From UHGV virus genome UHGV-0114356: a DNA stretch of 23,414 nt; one strand, given 5' to 3'. Below the pieces are notes generated by a model, which saw only the letters and a program-made list of their open reading frames with translations, was not told where the DNA came from and ran no database searches. A program made the translations under genes and the position numbers. How positions within the stretch are numbered: position 1 is the stretch's first letter; every line of letters begins with the position of its first letter. The stretch is from a virus. Below are positions 1 to 7,748 of this stretch, one piece after another.

Positions 1-101
1 GCGTCACGCCGAGCGCTTTCACTTCCTGCTCTACCCAATCCATATACGGAGCCGGTTGCGGTATTTCCGTTAATAGAGATAGTTCCGGTGCTATAAATCA
101 T
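1..101 (-). CDS. hypothetical protein, 5' part only (starts at 101, runs off the window start)
   Basis: ATG at 99-101 on the minus strand with AGGAG 5 nt upstream (rc of 102-115 = atttaggagttgtt). Open frame continues to position 1: MIYSTGTISINGNTATGSVYGLGRAGSESARRD... Gly/Thr/Ser-rich; too short to assign a family. Confidence 0.35.
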   Translation of the reverse strand, partial: MIYSTGTISINGNTATGSVYGLGRAGSESARRD

Positions 102-606
102 AACAACTCCTAAATTTAGACAACATGAAGCCCGGAGAGGTATATAACCATCACCAGAAATAATTTCTGAATTGGTTTTTAATACATGTTGGGCAACGCC
201 AGTGTTGGCATAGCTATAGTTGTATCAAATGCCATTGACCACCCACCCAAATAATAATTGCCGACTACTTTATTCCTTTCTGCTCTGACATTCCCACCTG
301 TCATTACAATTCCTTTATACCTAATATTTCCGTAACCACCAACGTGTCGACAGTTAGCCCCGGTATAAACAATCTGGCAAAATTCATCACCAATATTCAG
401 GTTCGCATTGGCGATATTTATTGTCCCATCAAAAATGAATGGCTTCGTGCAAGTAAGAAGACGTTTGCGTTGACGATTGGTTTATTCAATCCATCAACTA
501 AAATACCATGTAAACGAATTGCCATAACATTTCCCACTTTATTTTACTTACTCAACACAACAAGTATATTAAAATTGAACCTTGTCAACAACACAAAGGA
601 GTCCCA

Positions 607-837
607 ATGAAACTCGCTCTAATTATGCTGCCATTATGTCTGTCCCTCACTGCATGTGGTAGTGGCCTGAATACCGGTAAACCGAATTCCGGCGTTATCC
701 CAAAACCCTTGGATTGGGATAACGGTTCTTTAATTTATGATACCGAAAAGCTTCCAATGACTGGGCAATGGTGCCATGAGATTGATCATGAATACCGACG
801 AATTGGTTCACCTTCAAACTGTGTAGCTAACTACTAA
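607..837 (+). CDS. small secreted lipoprotein (76 aa); candidate superinfection-exclusion lipoprotein
   Basis: ATG 607 preceded by AAGGAG (596-601, 5-nt spacer). N-terminus MKLALIMLPLCLSLTAC is a signal peptide with a lipobox (L-T-A-C); mature part begins CGSG and has two further Cys. AT-rich, opposite orientation to the tail operon, followed by a terminator. Confidence 0.6.
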   Translation: MKLALIMLPLCLSLTACGSGLNTGKPNSGVIPKPLDWDNGSLIYDTEKLPMTGQWCHEIDHEYRRIGSPSNCVANY

Positions 838-870
838 AAGAAACCCCCCGCGCTAAGCGGGGTTGTTTTT
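838..870. terminator. bidirectional intrinsic terminator between convergent lipoprotein gene and J
   Basis: GC stem ccccgc (846-851) / gcgggg (857-862) with loop gctaa, flanked by an A-rich run on the 5' side and ttgttttt on the 3' side; T-tracts on both strands. Confidence 0.6.
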
Positions 871-1480
871 ATCCTGAGAATGAACCAGAACCGCGCGTCA
901 CAATGACGGTCGGTGAATTTATATAAGCCCCCATACTATTTTGAGCGGATACCTTAATTTTAACTGTAACGGCACGACTGGTTACAGGTGATGAGTGCAT
1001 TACAAGACGCTCGTTGCCGTCCATAGGAAGGTTTTTTTCTGAACCTTCAATGTTTATCGTGCAGCCACCAAAACCTTTAACGTTTGCCATAACGCAGATA
1101 TGTCTTCTATGTGCTGCACTTGATGTGTCATTGTATGTAATTGTTTTTTCGAGTACGCCATCATTTAACCTGCTAACGTCAGATCCTGTGTACATATTCG
1201 CAACGTCTCCCACAAAACTGGTAGCTTCCACAGTACCCGTGAATTTACCGCTTGTTGCTTGTATCTCACCAGTAAATCTACCACCACTAGCGTATACTAT
1301 ACCTCTCACAGTTACATTATTGAATTCAGCATCCCCAGCTTTATTTAACTTCCAACCAGCAGAACCAGCTGCATAGTTGTTGGACTGGATATAGTTGCCG
1401 ATTTTGGCGTTCTCAATGGTGCCGTCCTGGATGAAGCTGGCCCGGATGAATGTCTGCCCGTTCTGGATCACGAACGGCAA
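869..1480 (-). CDS. J: host specificity protein J (tail tip/central fibre), C-terminal fragment 3 of 3, out of frame with fragment 2
   Basis: Translation PFVIQNGQTFIRASFIQDG... is collinear with the lambda gpJ C-terminal region (lambda ...MFVAQGNQIFMNDVFLK...). The listed start is an in-frame TTG; this frame is open upstream to a stop at 1640-1642. Confidence 0.7.
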   Translation of the reverse strand: MPFVIQNGQTFIRASFIQDGTIENAKIGNYIQSNNYAAGSAGWKLNKAGDAEFNNVTVRGIVYASGGRFTGEIQATSGKFTGTVEATSFVGDVANMYTGSDVSRLNDGVLEKTITYNDTSSAAHRRHICVMANVKGFGGCTINIEGSEKNLPMDGNERLVMHSSPVTSRAVTVKIKVSAQNSMGAYINSPTVIVTRGSGSFSG

Positions 1481-1482
1481 AG

Positions 1483-3198
1483 CTACGCTATTTCCGGCTG
1501 CCGTGGTGACGGCAGTGTTACAGTCCCGCCGACCATAGTAGTCACGGCGAAACGGTCTGCCAGGAAGATTACCTGTGACTGCATGCCGGAGGGTGTATTT
1601 TGAACCCCTATACCCATCCCGGCAGCGTAATACTGCCCGTTACTGGACACCCCCACCTTGATGTTATACATCGCGCTGAGGTTACCGTTTACGTTCGCAA
1701 TGGCCTGAGCGTTGGTGGTGATGGCTGAGGTATGCCCGTTCACCGTCGCCGTGATGCTGTTTACCTGCGTGGCCATAGCCTGCTGGTAATCGGAGAACGT
1801 CTGATTCAGGCTGTTTATGGATGCCTTGTTGCCGTTGACATCCGTCTGCAGGCTCAGCAGAGAGCGCGCCGTTGCCTCCTTCTCGTTAACGATTACCTCA
1901 TCAATACGATCCAGCTGCGCACTGTTACCGGCGACCGTCGCGGAAAGCCTTTTGCGTGTGGCCACCTGCGCCAGCCCGTTCTGGATTATCGCAATTGCAG
2001 AGTTCTTCACCCCGCCCGTCATGCCGTCCATCGACACAGAAATCTCGTCGATCTTCACTTCGGCCTGAGCCAGCCAGTCAGCGTTCTCCAGGATGTCTTT
2101 CGCCTGCTGCTCGAGTTCGTCGGCATGGTTTTTAATTTCGTCAGCCATGCCAGCAATTTTTTCATTGCTGTCCACCGCGTTCTCGATCAGATCTTTGAAC
2201 GTATCGGAGCCTTTCATGTCCTCCAGGATTGCATCGGTGATATCGGAAACATCGATGCTGGCCTGCCCGCGCACCCAGTCTGTCCAGTCGCTCTGATTCC
2301 CGATGCGGTCAACCAGCCGTGCCCGGTACCAGAATTCCTGCCCTGCCTTCAGCCCCATCTGCTGATAGAGTTTCTGAGGATACGGCACCGACGCCAAAAG
2401 CATTGGATTTGCCCCATCGACTGAAGCGCTGTATTGCAGTTCCGTGCTCAGGGTGTCGGCGGTATCTGCGGGGAAACCCCATGTAATGTTGATCCCTAAT
2501 ACAACATCCTCTGTTGCTGTTAGTCCGACAGGTTTGGGCACTTCACCGGTGCGGCCGGTAAGATGGGTCAACGCAGACGTGGCCCAAAGGCTGGACGCTC
2601 CCCCAGAGTTAATCGCACGGACGCGCACAAGGTAATCGCCCTCGAAAATGCCAGGCACTTCGATATTTCGTAACCCGGTTTCAGGCACGTTTACCCATTC
2701 GTTATTTCCGCGCTTCCACTGTGCCCGGTACGCTATTACGTCCGACTGCAGTTTGCCGTCTTTATCAATTGGCGCATCCCACGAGGCGGTTAGCGTGGCC
2801 ACGCGTTGCCCCTGGCGAACCGCATCATAGCTCGATACCACGATGTTGGTCGGCTGGTTAACTAGCCCGGTCGGAATCAGGCTTATCGGAGGAGTATCGA
2901 GGCGAGCATTGTTATCAACGGCGTCGTATTTCGACGCGTTATACTCCGCACCGGTAATGGTGAAGGTGTTTTCCTCATCATCAAATTTTAGGTTCGTTAC
3001 CCGGAAATACTGCAGGCGCAGCTGACCAGCATCAATGACGAATACGGCATTAGGTAATGGCGCCGCCGTGAACGGCGTGGACAGGATCAGCTGCGTGCCA
3101 TTTACGGCCTGTATCATCCGGCTTTCAACGGTACCGCCCTGGGTGCGAATCATCAGCGTATCGCCCGCCACCGCACTGGTGCCCCGGTCAATGGTCAC
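1483..3198 (-). CDS. J: host specificity protein J, central fragment 2 of 3 (FNIII-like region)
   Basis: Collinear with lambda gpJ from about TLTLDREITLP onward (here AVTIDRGTSAVAG...) to ...SQFLVAANRIAF (here ...SQVIFLADRFAV). Listed start is a GTG; frame is open upstream to 3255. Confidence 0.7.
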   Translation of the reverse strand: MTIDRGTSAVAGDTLMIRTQGGTVESRMIQAVNGTQLILSTPFTAAPLPNAVFVIDAGQLRLQYFRVTNLKFDDEENTFTITGAEYNASKYDAVDNNARLDTPPISLIPTGLVNQPTNIVVSSYDAVRQGQRVATLTASWDAPIDKDGKLQSDVIAYRAQWKRGNNEWVNVPETGLRNIEVPGIFEGDYLVRVRAINSGGASSLWATSALTHLTGRTGEVPKPVGLTATEDVVLGINITWGFPADTADTLSTELQYSASVDGANPMLLASVPYPQKLYQQMGLKAGQEFWYRARLVDRIGNQSDWTDWVRGQASIDVSDITDAILEDMKGSDTFKDLIENAVDSNEKIAGMADEIKNHADELEQQAKDILENADWLAQAEVKIDEISVSMDGMTGGVKNSAIAIIQNGLAQVATRKRLSATVAGNSAQLDRIDEVIVNEKEATARSLLSLQTDVNGNKASINSLNQTFSDYQQAMATQVNSITATVNGHTSAITTNAQAIANVNGNLSAMYNIKVGVSSNGQYYAAGMGIGVQNTPSGMQSQVIFLADRFAVTTMVGGTVTLPSPRQPEIA

Positions 3199-4718
3199 GG
3201 CCTTAAGACCAGCGTTATACCCGGTGATACGCCGTAAACGCGCCCTGACAGGCGTTCATCTGCAAACGCAAATACGGTGCCCGGCACGAATACAAAGCCA
3301 TCAAGTCCAGTCTGAAGCGTGATAATGCGGTCAAGGGAGTTGGAATACACCGCCCACCCGCCACGCCGCTGCGCCTCGCTCTCACGCGTACAACCGATCG
3401 CAGTGATTTGTGTCTGCTTAAACTTGAACTGCCTTACCAGTTCCGGAAACATCACTGCCGTGGTGCGGTCCTGGTAGTGGTTATCCGGATCGCTGAAGTT
3501 AATCAGCGCGCTGGAGAATCGGTTTTTCTCACTGCCACTCGAGTACACCGGCTTACCCACCACTGATGCGCGAGTGAGGATCTGCAACTTCGTAGTGTCC
3601 GCCGGCATGTCAGAGACAACATTGAACATGTTGTTGCCCCAGAAAGTCATTCCGTTGAAGCCCGCGGCAATATCTTTAATCACCTGCCAGGCATCAGCCT
3701 GGGACTGGATGTAAACGTCAAACATGAAGCGTGGCTCGGTACCGCTTCCGCCTTTCCCGTCGGGTACCTTCTGGTCGCAGCGCTGGGCGATGCGATAGAT
3801 CTCCCACTTATCGAGCATTTCTGGCGTCACGCGGCGCCCAAGGCCGAAGCGCGGCTCAGTCAGAACATCGAACCAAATCCACGCCGGGTTATTCGTCCAG
3901 CCCCATTTAAACGTCCCGTCCCATGTTCCGCTATAAGTCCGCGCTATTGGATCATAGTTCGAAGGGATTCGGATGATGCGCCCCTTCGGCATGCAGGAAA
4001 TCTTAGGGATGTTGTTGAATGACTTTGCGTTAAAGGACACGTACAGCAGCGCTGTGTGTGGATATCGCAGGCGAGCATCGATCACTTCAGTAATCGCTTG
4101 CACCTGCGTTTTGTTCTGCAGCATCTGGCTGGTGCTGTCATCGGTGTCACGCACCACTCGAATTTGCCAGCCAGTGCTGGCTTTGGGAAGATTAATACGG
4201 TGGGTTAGTTCATAGAGCGAGCTGAGCTTCTCTGTGACGGTTTTCGTCATGACTGTCGAGTAAGCGCCACCGTCCACCGCCAGATCAATATGGTACTGAA
4301 CCGTAGTGCCGACAATATCCCCATCGTTTTCCTGCTGCTGTAACCCAGGGATGCCAATACGAACCAGCACCGCGTCAATCTGGGTGTTACTCAGTGCGCG
4401 GGTCCATGGTGTGGCCTTTGTCAGCGATACCCCAACCGTAGTTTCATTCTCGACTGCAGGGAATCCCGGTATTGGTGTCTGGGTCTGTGTGCCAGGCCGG
4501 AAATCCCATGACACATTTTCAAAATTCATCGTTCCGTCGGGGTTTCCCAACGGCGTACCGTCCAGGAATATCCGGGTCGCATCCAGGCCACCAGCAAACT
4601 CCCCCTCCCCGAGCGCCAGCAGCATGCGGCAGCGCGCCATTGACTGAGCCGAATCGGGCTGTTCTACAGGTGTGTGCTGCTTCTGGCTGCCACCCTTTGC
4701 ACCAGTGATCGCTTCCAT
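3195..4718 (-). CDS. J: host specificity protein J, N-terminal fragment 1 of 3
   Basis: N-terminus MEAITGAKGGSQKQHTPVEQ resembles lambda gpJ MGKGSSKGHTPREAK; conserved blocks LQNKTQ, IPSNYDP, YSGTWDGTFK, EPRFGLG, CDQKVPDG. Ends prematurely relative to lambda J (about 1130 aa). Confidence 0.8.
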   Translation of the reverse strand: MEAITGAKGGSQKQHTPVEQPDSAQSMARCRMLLALGEGEFAGGLDATRIFLDGTPLGNPDGTMNFENVSWDFRPGTQTQTPIPGFPAVENETTVGVSLTKATPWTRALSNTQIDAVLVRIGIPGLQQQENDGDIVGTTVQYHIDLAVDGGAYSTVMTKTVTEKLSSLYELTHRINLPKASTGWQIRVVRDTDDSTSQMLQNKTQVQAITEVIDARLRYPHTALLYVSFNAKSFNNIPKISCMPKGRIIRIPSNYDPIARTYSGTWDGTFKWGWTNNPAWIWFDVLTEPRFGLGRRVTPEMLDKWEIYRIAQRCDQKVPDGKGGSGTEPRFMFDVYIQSQADAWQVIKDIAAGFNGMTFWGNNMFNVVSDMPADTTKLQILTRASVVGKPVYSSGSEKNRFSSALINFSDPDNHYQDRTTAVMFPELVRQFKFKQTQITAIGCTRESEAQRRGGWAVYSNSLDRIITLQTGLDGFVFVPGTVFAFADERLSGRVYGVSPGITLVLRP

Positions 4719-4727
4719 ATTACATCC

Positions 4728-4753
4728 ATAAAAAAAGCACCCAATTGGGTGCT
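4728..4753 (-). terminator. intrinsic terminator/attenuator between I and J
   Basis: Minus-strand hairpin agcaccc-aatt-gggtgct (4736-4753) followed by a 7-T tract (plus-strand A run 4730-4736), just upstream of the J start. Confidence 0.5.
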
Positions 4754-4772
4754 TGATATTCAGAAAGGAGTT

Positions 4773-5366
4773 TTAGATGTCTTCTGCGACTATGCCGGCA
4801 CTGATGATGGCGCCGCCAATCTCGCGCTCACCATAAAGAAGCGCGACCGGGTTACCCATCGCAAGGGTATTCACCGATCCACCGAAGGCATATGATGGTT
4901 TATTGTCAGGATCGTCTCGCCCCTGTAGTCCTTTGGGCTGGGGAGAAAGCATCTGGTAAATTCCTCCAGCCATCATTCCGATACCAGCGGAGACCATTCC
5001 CGCGCCAATGACACCTGCTGAACCGAACGTCATGCCCGTGACGACGATGCCCGCCACAACCATGACAGCACCCAATATCGTCTGGAACAAACCAGCTTTT
5101 TTTGCCCCTTCCATCACTGGTGCTATGCGAATATCGGTGCTTCCGGCCAGGTTCTTAAAATCATCCGCGCCAATGTTGCGCCTGCCGCGAAACACCGCGA
5201 ACGTCATGCCATTCTTTTTGGCGTTCAGAAGATAGCTTTCCAGCCCGTCCAGGTTGATGCAAAGCGCCTTTACCGCCTCAGCTGATGTCTGCACCGCCAG
5301 CCTGTGAACACGGCCAAACCGGGCTCCCAGCACACCGTACAATCGAATCGTGGTTAAACGCGCCAT
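4773..5366 (-). CDS. I: tail assembly protein I
   Basis: 197 aa; N-terminal MARLTTIRLYGVLGARFGR resembles lambda gpI (MARICLYGDLQRFGRR); Gly/Ala-rich hydrophobic C-terminal half as in gpI. AGGAG RBS upstream of ATG 5366; overlaps the K 3' end. Confidence 0.8.
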   Translation of the reverse strand: MARLTTIRLYGVLGARFGRVHRLAVQTSAEAVKALCINLDGLESYLLNAKKNGMTFAVFRGRRNIGADDFKNLAGSTDIRIAPVMEGAKKAGLFQTILGAVMVVAGIVVTGMTFGSAGVIGAGMVSAGIGMMAGGIYQMLSPQPKGLQGRDDPDNKPSYAFGGSVNTLAMGNPVALLYGEREIGGAIISAGIVAEDI

Positions 5367-6085
5367 GGCTGAATCTCCTGCGGTAGCTCTTTGTGACGGA
5401 CGCAGATCATCGTCCTGTCTTTGAAATAACCGCGCGCATACGGCGTGATGCAGGATGGCTGCCCGTACAGATGGTGAAGCAGTTCACCTTCCTCGGTAAT
5501 GATCCCCGCGTGGTTCCACTTACTGGATTCAACCTGCATGATGACCATACAGCCTGGCGACGTGTCGCATTCGACAAACCCTTCCCGCTCCCAGTTGTCG
5601 AAATACAGGTTGTCCGGGTACTGGCTTTCCCACCATGGGTAATCGACGCGGAAATCGTTAAGCTTCACGCCTTGGGTGGCATGCCAATCCATTACCAGTC
5701 CCCAGCAGTCATTTGAGCCCAGGATAAACGGACGCCCGATAAGGGGTACCGCCTCCGGCATTATCTCAGCGTATTCGTCGCTATCCGGCGCGTAAATACC
5801 CCAGACCACGCCGGAGTTGTTGCATTGCTGGCGATCCAGATCGGATGGAATCGGCCTTGCTCCATCGCCAGGATGGGAATGGATGACGCGCACAATCGTC
5901 CCGATATCTTCGGCGTTCGCCCAATGCTCGCCATCGATGCGGAAATGCTCTGTTGGATTTTCGTGAGTGTTTGGTACAGGAATATAGCGCTGGCGACGGC
6001 CAGACTGAATAACGAATCCGCAGCTCTCGCGCGGGGATTCATCCAGTGCATGCGCCCGGATAGCTGCCATTATGGTTTTATTCAT
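5354..6085 (-). CDS. K: tail assembly protein K (JAB/MPN plus NlpC/P60-like)
   Basis: 243 aa; JAMM-type motif VIHSHPGDGARPIPSDLD and a Cys/His pair (NDCWGLVMDWHA) typical of lambda gpK-family proteins; position between L and I. Confidence 0.85.
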   Translation of the reverse strand: MNKTIMAAIRAHALDESPRESCGFVIQSGRRQRYIPVPNTHENPTEHFRIDGEHWANAEDIGTIVRVIHSHPGDGARPIPSDLDRQQCNNSGVVWGIYAPDSDEYAEIMPEAVPLIGRPFILGSNDCWGLVMDWHATQGVKLNDFRVDYPWWESQYPDNLYFDNWEREGFVECDTSPGCMVIMQVESSKWNHAGIITEEGELLHHLYGQPSCITPYARGYFKDRTMICVRHKELPQEIQPWRV

Positions 6086-6097
6086 TGGTACGTCCGG

Positions 6098-6868
6098 TTA
6101 TCTGGAAAAAAGCACGGTGGCTGGATAGCCCCCAAAATCAAGGGTCGCGGTATTAGGCTCTGCCAGCCCGGCACCAAACCGCTTACGGCAGTCACTCAGG
6201 CAGCCGCCGCACACATCCAGCGCCGGGTCAGCGACAGGATTACCCTTCGCATCAAAATACGCCGTGCCGTTGTAGGTGCATCCATCGCCGCTCCGGTACT
6301 GCCCGCGTAGCGCCCATTCGCAGAGCGAGGTGATTTGTCTGGTTGGGATAACAAGCCCCTGCAAGTCTGCGGGGCTACTGAGTGACCAGGTAACTACCTC
6401 GTCGTCTTCGGAGGTTTTGGTGTCAAGCCAGAAGGTCTGAAGTGTGAACATTGACGAATCAGCTGTAGGGTTTGCGCCACCAGGGTAATTCACAGCATCG
6501 AGATAGACCGCATAGGTATCGATAATGCTCACCCTGGCGTTAACCATGTCCTTAAATTGGAGGCACAGCGCCGTGATATGACCGTCGAGGTTTGAGACGC
6601 TGAGAGACGGCTCCGCCGCCTGGTCTGTTGAAAGCTCCAGGCCTGCTACCTGAAACGGCCAAAAATCGTAGGTATTGCCACCGAATACGATTGGCTTTGG
6701 TCCGAGCTTTTCTTCATCACCATTGGCAGCGTCGATCTCTTCCGGTGTATGGGGGAAAGGTGCGTAGTGGAAACGGTGAATACCGCCACTGAACTCTGAG
6801 GCGTCAACTTCAACCAGGCGTACTCTGCCACCCGGTGCCAGCATCGCCGCCTGATCGACTAATGCCAT
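6098..6868 (-). CDS. L: minor tail protein L
   Basis: 256 aa; blocks YLDAVNYPGGANP and CLSDCRKRFG correspond to lambda gpL (FLDAVNFVNGNSYADP, CSKCLSGCKFRNN). Start ATG overlaps the M stop (TAATG). Confidence 0.85.
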   Translation of the reverse strand: MALVDQAAMLAPGGRVRLVEVDASEFSGGIHRFHYAPFPHTPEEIDAANGDEEKLGPKPIVFGGNTYDFWPFQVAGLELSTDQAAEPSLSVSNLDGHITALCLQFKDMVNARVSIIDTYAVYLDAVNYPGGANPTADSSMFTLQTFWLDTKTSEDDEVVTWSLSSPADLQGLVIPTRQITSLCEWALRGQYRSGDGCTYNGTAYFDAKGNPVADPALDVCGGCLSDCRKRFGAGLAEPNTATLDFGGYPATVLFSR

Positions 6869-7218
6869 TATGCATACACTCCGTAAGCCCGTTTGATGGT
6901 GAACGTCAATTCAGCAAACTTGCTGCTGATCTGATTTTTCCGTACGGAATCGGCGACTACCCGATAAAGCCCCTTCTCTTCTCCCGGCGGCGTGATGATG
7001 AAGGCCTTCACGGTATGAGCCAGGAGGAAGTCGCGCACTGCGTTTACCTCAGACTCACTGCCAACGTGTTTCATTGGCACCTGGATCGCCGTGGAGTTGA
7101 TGCCGTTCTCGGCCACCTGCTCATAGCCATCACCGAACTGCGCAGCGCGCACCGTTTGACTATATTCAATCGCCCCAGCACCGAGCTGCGAGCGCCAGCT
7201 GTATGTTTCAACTGCCAT
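6868..7218 (-). CDS. M: minor tail protein M
   Basis: Internal ATG at 7216-7218 with GGAG RBS (rc of 7219-7230 = tatggagtaaat) gives MAVETYSWRSQ...; FGDGYEQ matches lambda gpM FGDGYSQ. The longer track ORF (start 7269) runs through the upstream terminator, so it is not used. Confidence 0.75.
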   Translation of the reverse strand: MAVETYSWRSQLGAGAIEYSQTVRAAQFGDGYEQVAENGINSTAIQVPMKHVGSESEVNAVRDFLLAHTVKAFIITPPGEEKGLYRVVADSVRKNQISSKFAELTFTIKRAYGVYA

Positions 7219-7229
7219 ATTTACTCCAT

Positions 7230-7255
7230 AAAAAAAGCCCCGCGTATGCGAGGCT
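7230..7255 (-). terminator. intrinsic terminator after the moron gene, immediately upstream of M
   Basis: Minus-strand hairpin agcctcgca-ta-cgcggggct (7236-7255; one mismatch, one G-U) followed by a 7-T tract (plus-strand A run 7230-7236). Confidence 0.55.
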
Positions 7256-7305
7256 CTGTGTCGGTTCAAAGTATGGGCGATACTTTGTAATAAACTGAGA
7301 ACGGT

Positions 7306-7698
7306 TTAACTTCCATTCATTTCGACAAGCCGGTAATCAGTTTTCCCATCCTTGTCTTCAATGCATTCAGCTCTGAATTTCTGCTCAAGACCAAATTTGT
7401 TTTTAGCGCTAAATTCCTGCGTCGCGTAGAACTTACCGTCATTGCCGAGCCATCTGTTAGAGCCAAACGCCGACATATCCAGGGTGCTTTTATTGATCAC
7501 TGACTTTCTAACGTAAGCTTCACAGGCATTACGAAGTTCATCTAATTTTTTATCTGCAAGTTCCTTGGCTTCTTTTTGCTTTTTTTCTTGCTCGGTTGGT
7601 TTATTAACCACCGCTGCAACAAAAATCACAACAAGAAGAAGCAGCAACAGCCCAATGGTTCTTAGGATCTTCTTGATTATTTTATTTAACACAATCAT
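7306..7698 (-). CDS. membrane-anchored moron protein (130 aa), function unknown
   Basis: N-terminal basic stretch then one hydrophobic helix (ILRTIGLLLLLLVVIFVAAVV), a Lys/Glu-rich linker and a C-terminal domain with two Cys. Visibly AT-rich relative to flanking H and M; own terminator downstream; sits where lambda has no gene. Confidence 0.6.
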   Translation of the reverse strand: MIVLNKIIKKILRTIGLLLLLLVVIFVAAVVNKPTEQEKKQKEAKELADKKLDELRNACEAYVRKSVINKSTLDMSAFGSNRWLGNDGKFYATQEFSAKNKFGLEQKFRAECIEDKDGKTDYRLVEMNGS

Positions 7699-7748
7699 CC
7701 CCTGATCATTATGGTTTTCAACATATTAACCAGGGGGTGACGTAAACA

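Noticed and set aside
344-610. Plus-strand 88-aa ORF upstream of the lipoprotein gene
   Set aside because: Low-complexity translation in an AT-rich stretch, no RBS, overlaps the likely promoter/RBS of the lipoprotein gene and is antisense to the decayed minus-strand frame; most likely non-coding.
1732-2424. Plus-strand 230-aa ORF, and the other plus-strand ORFs across 1014-4895
   Set aside because: Antisense to the J gene, whose lambda-J similarity is clear; Arg/Leu/His-rich translations are typical of spurious antisense frames in GC-rich coding DNA.
5761-6868. Minus-strand ORFs 5761-6051 (96 aa) and 6646-6831 (61 aa) nested in other frames of K and L
   Set aside because: Fully contained within the well-supported K and L genes, with no independent start signals.
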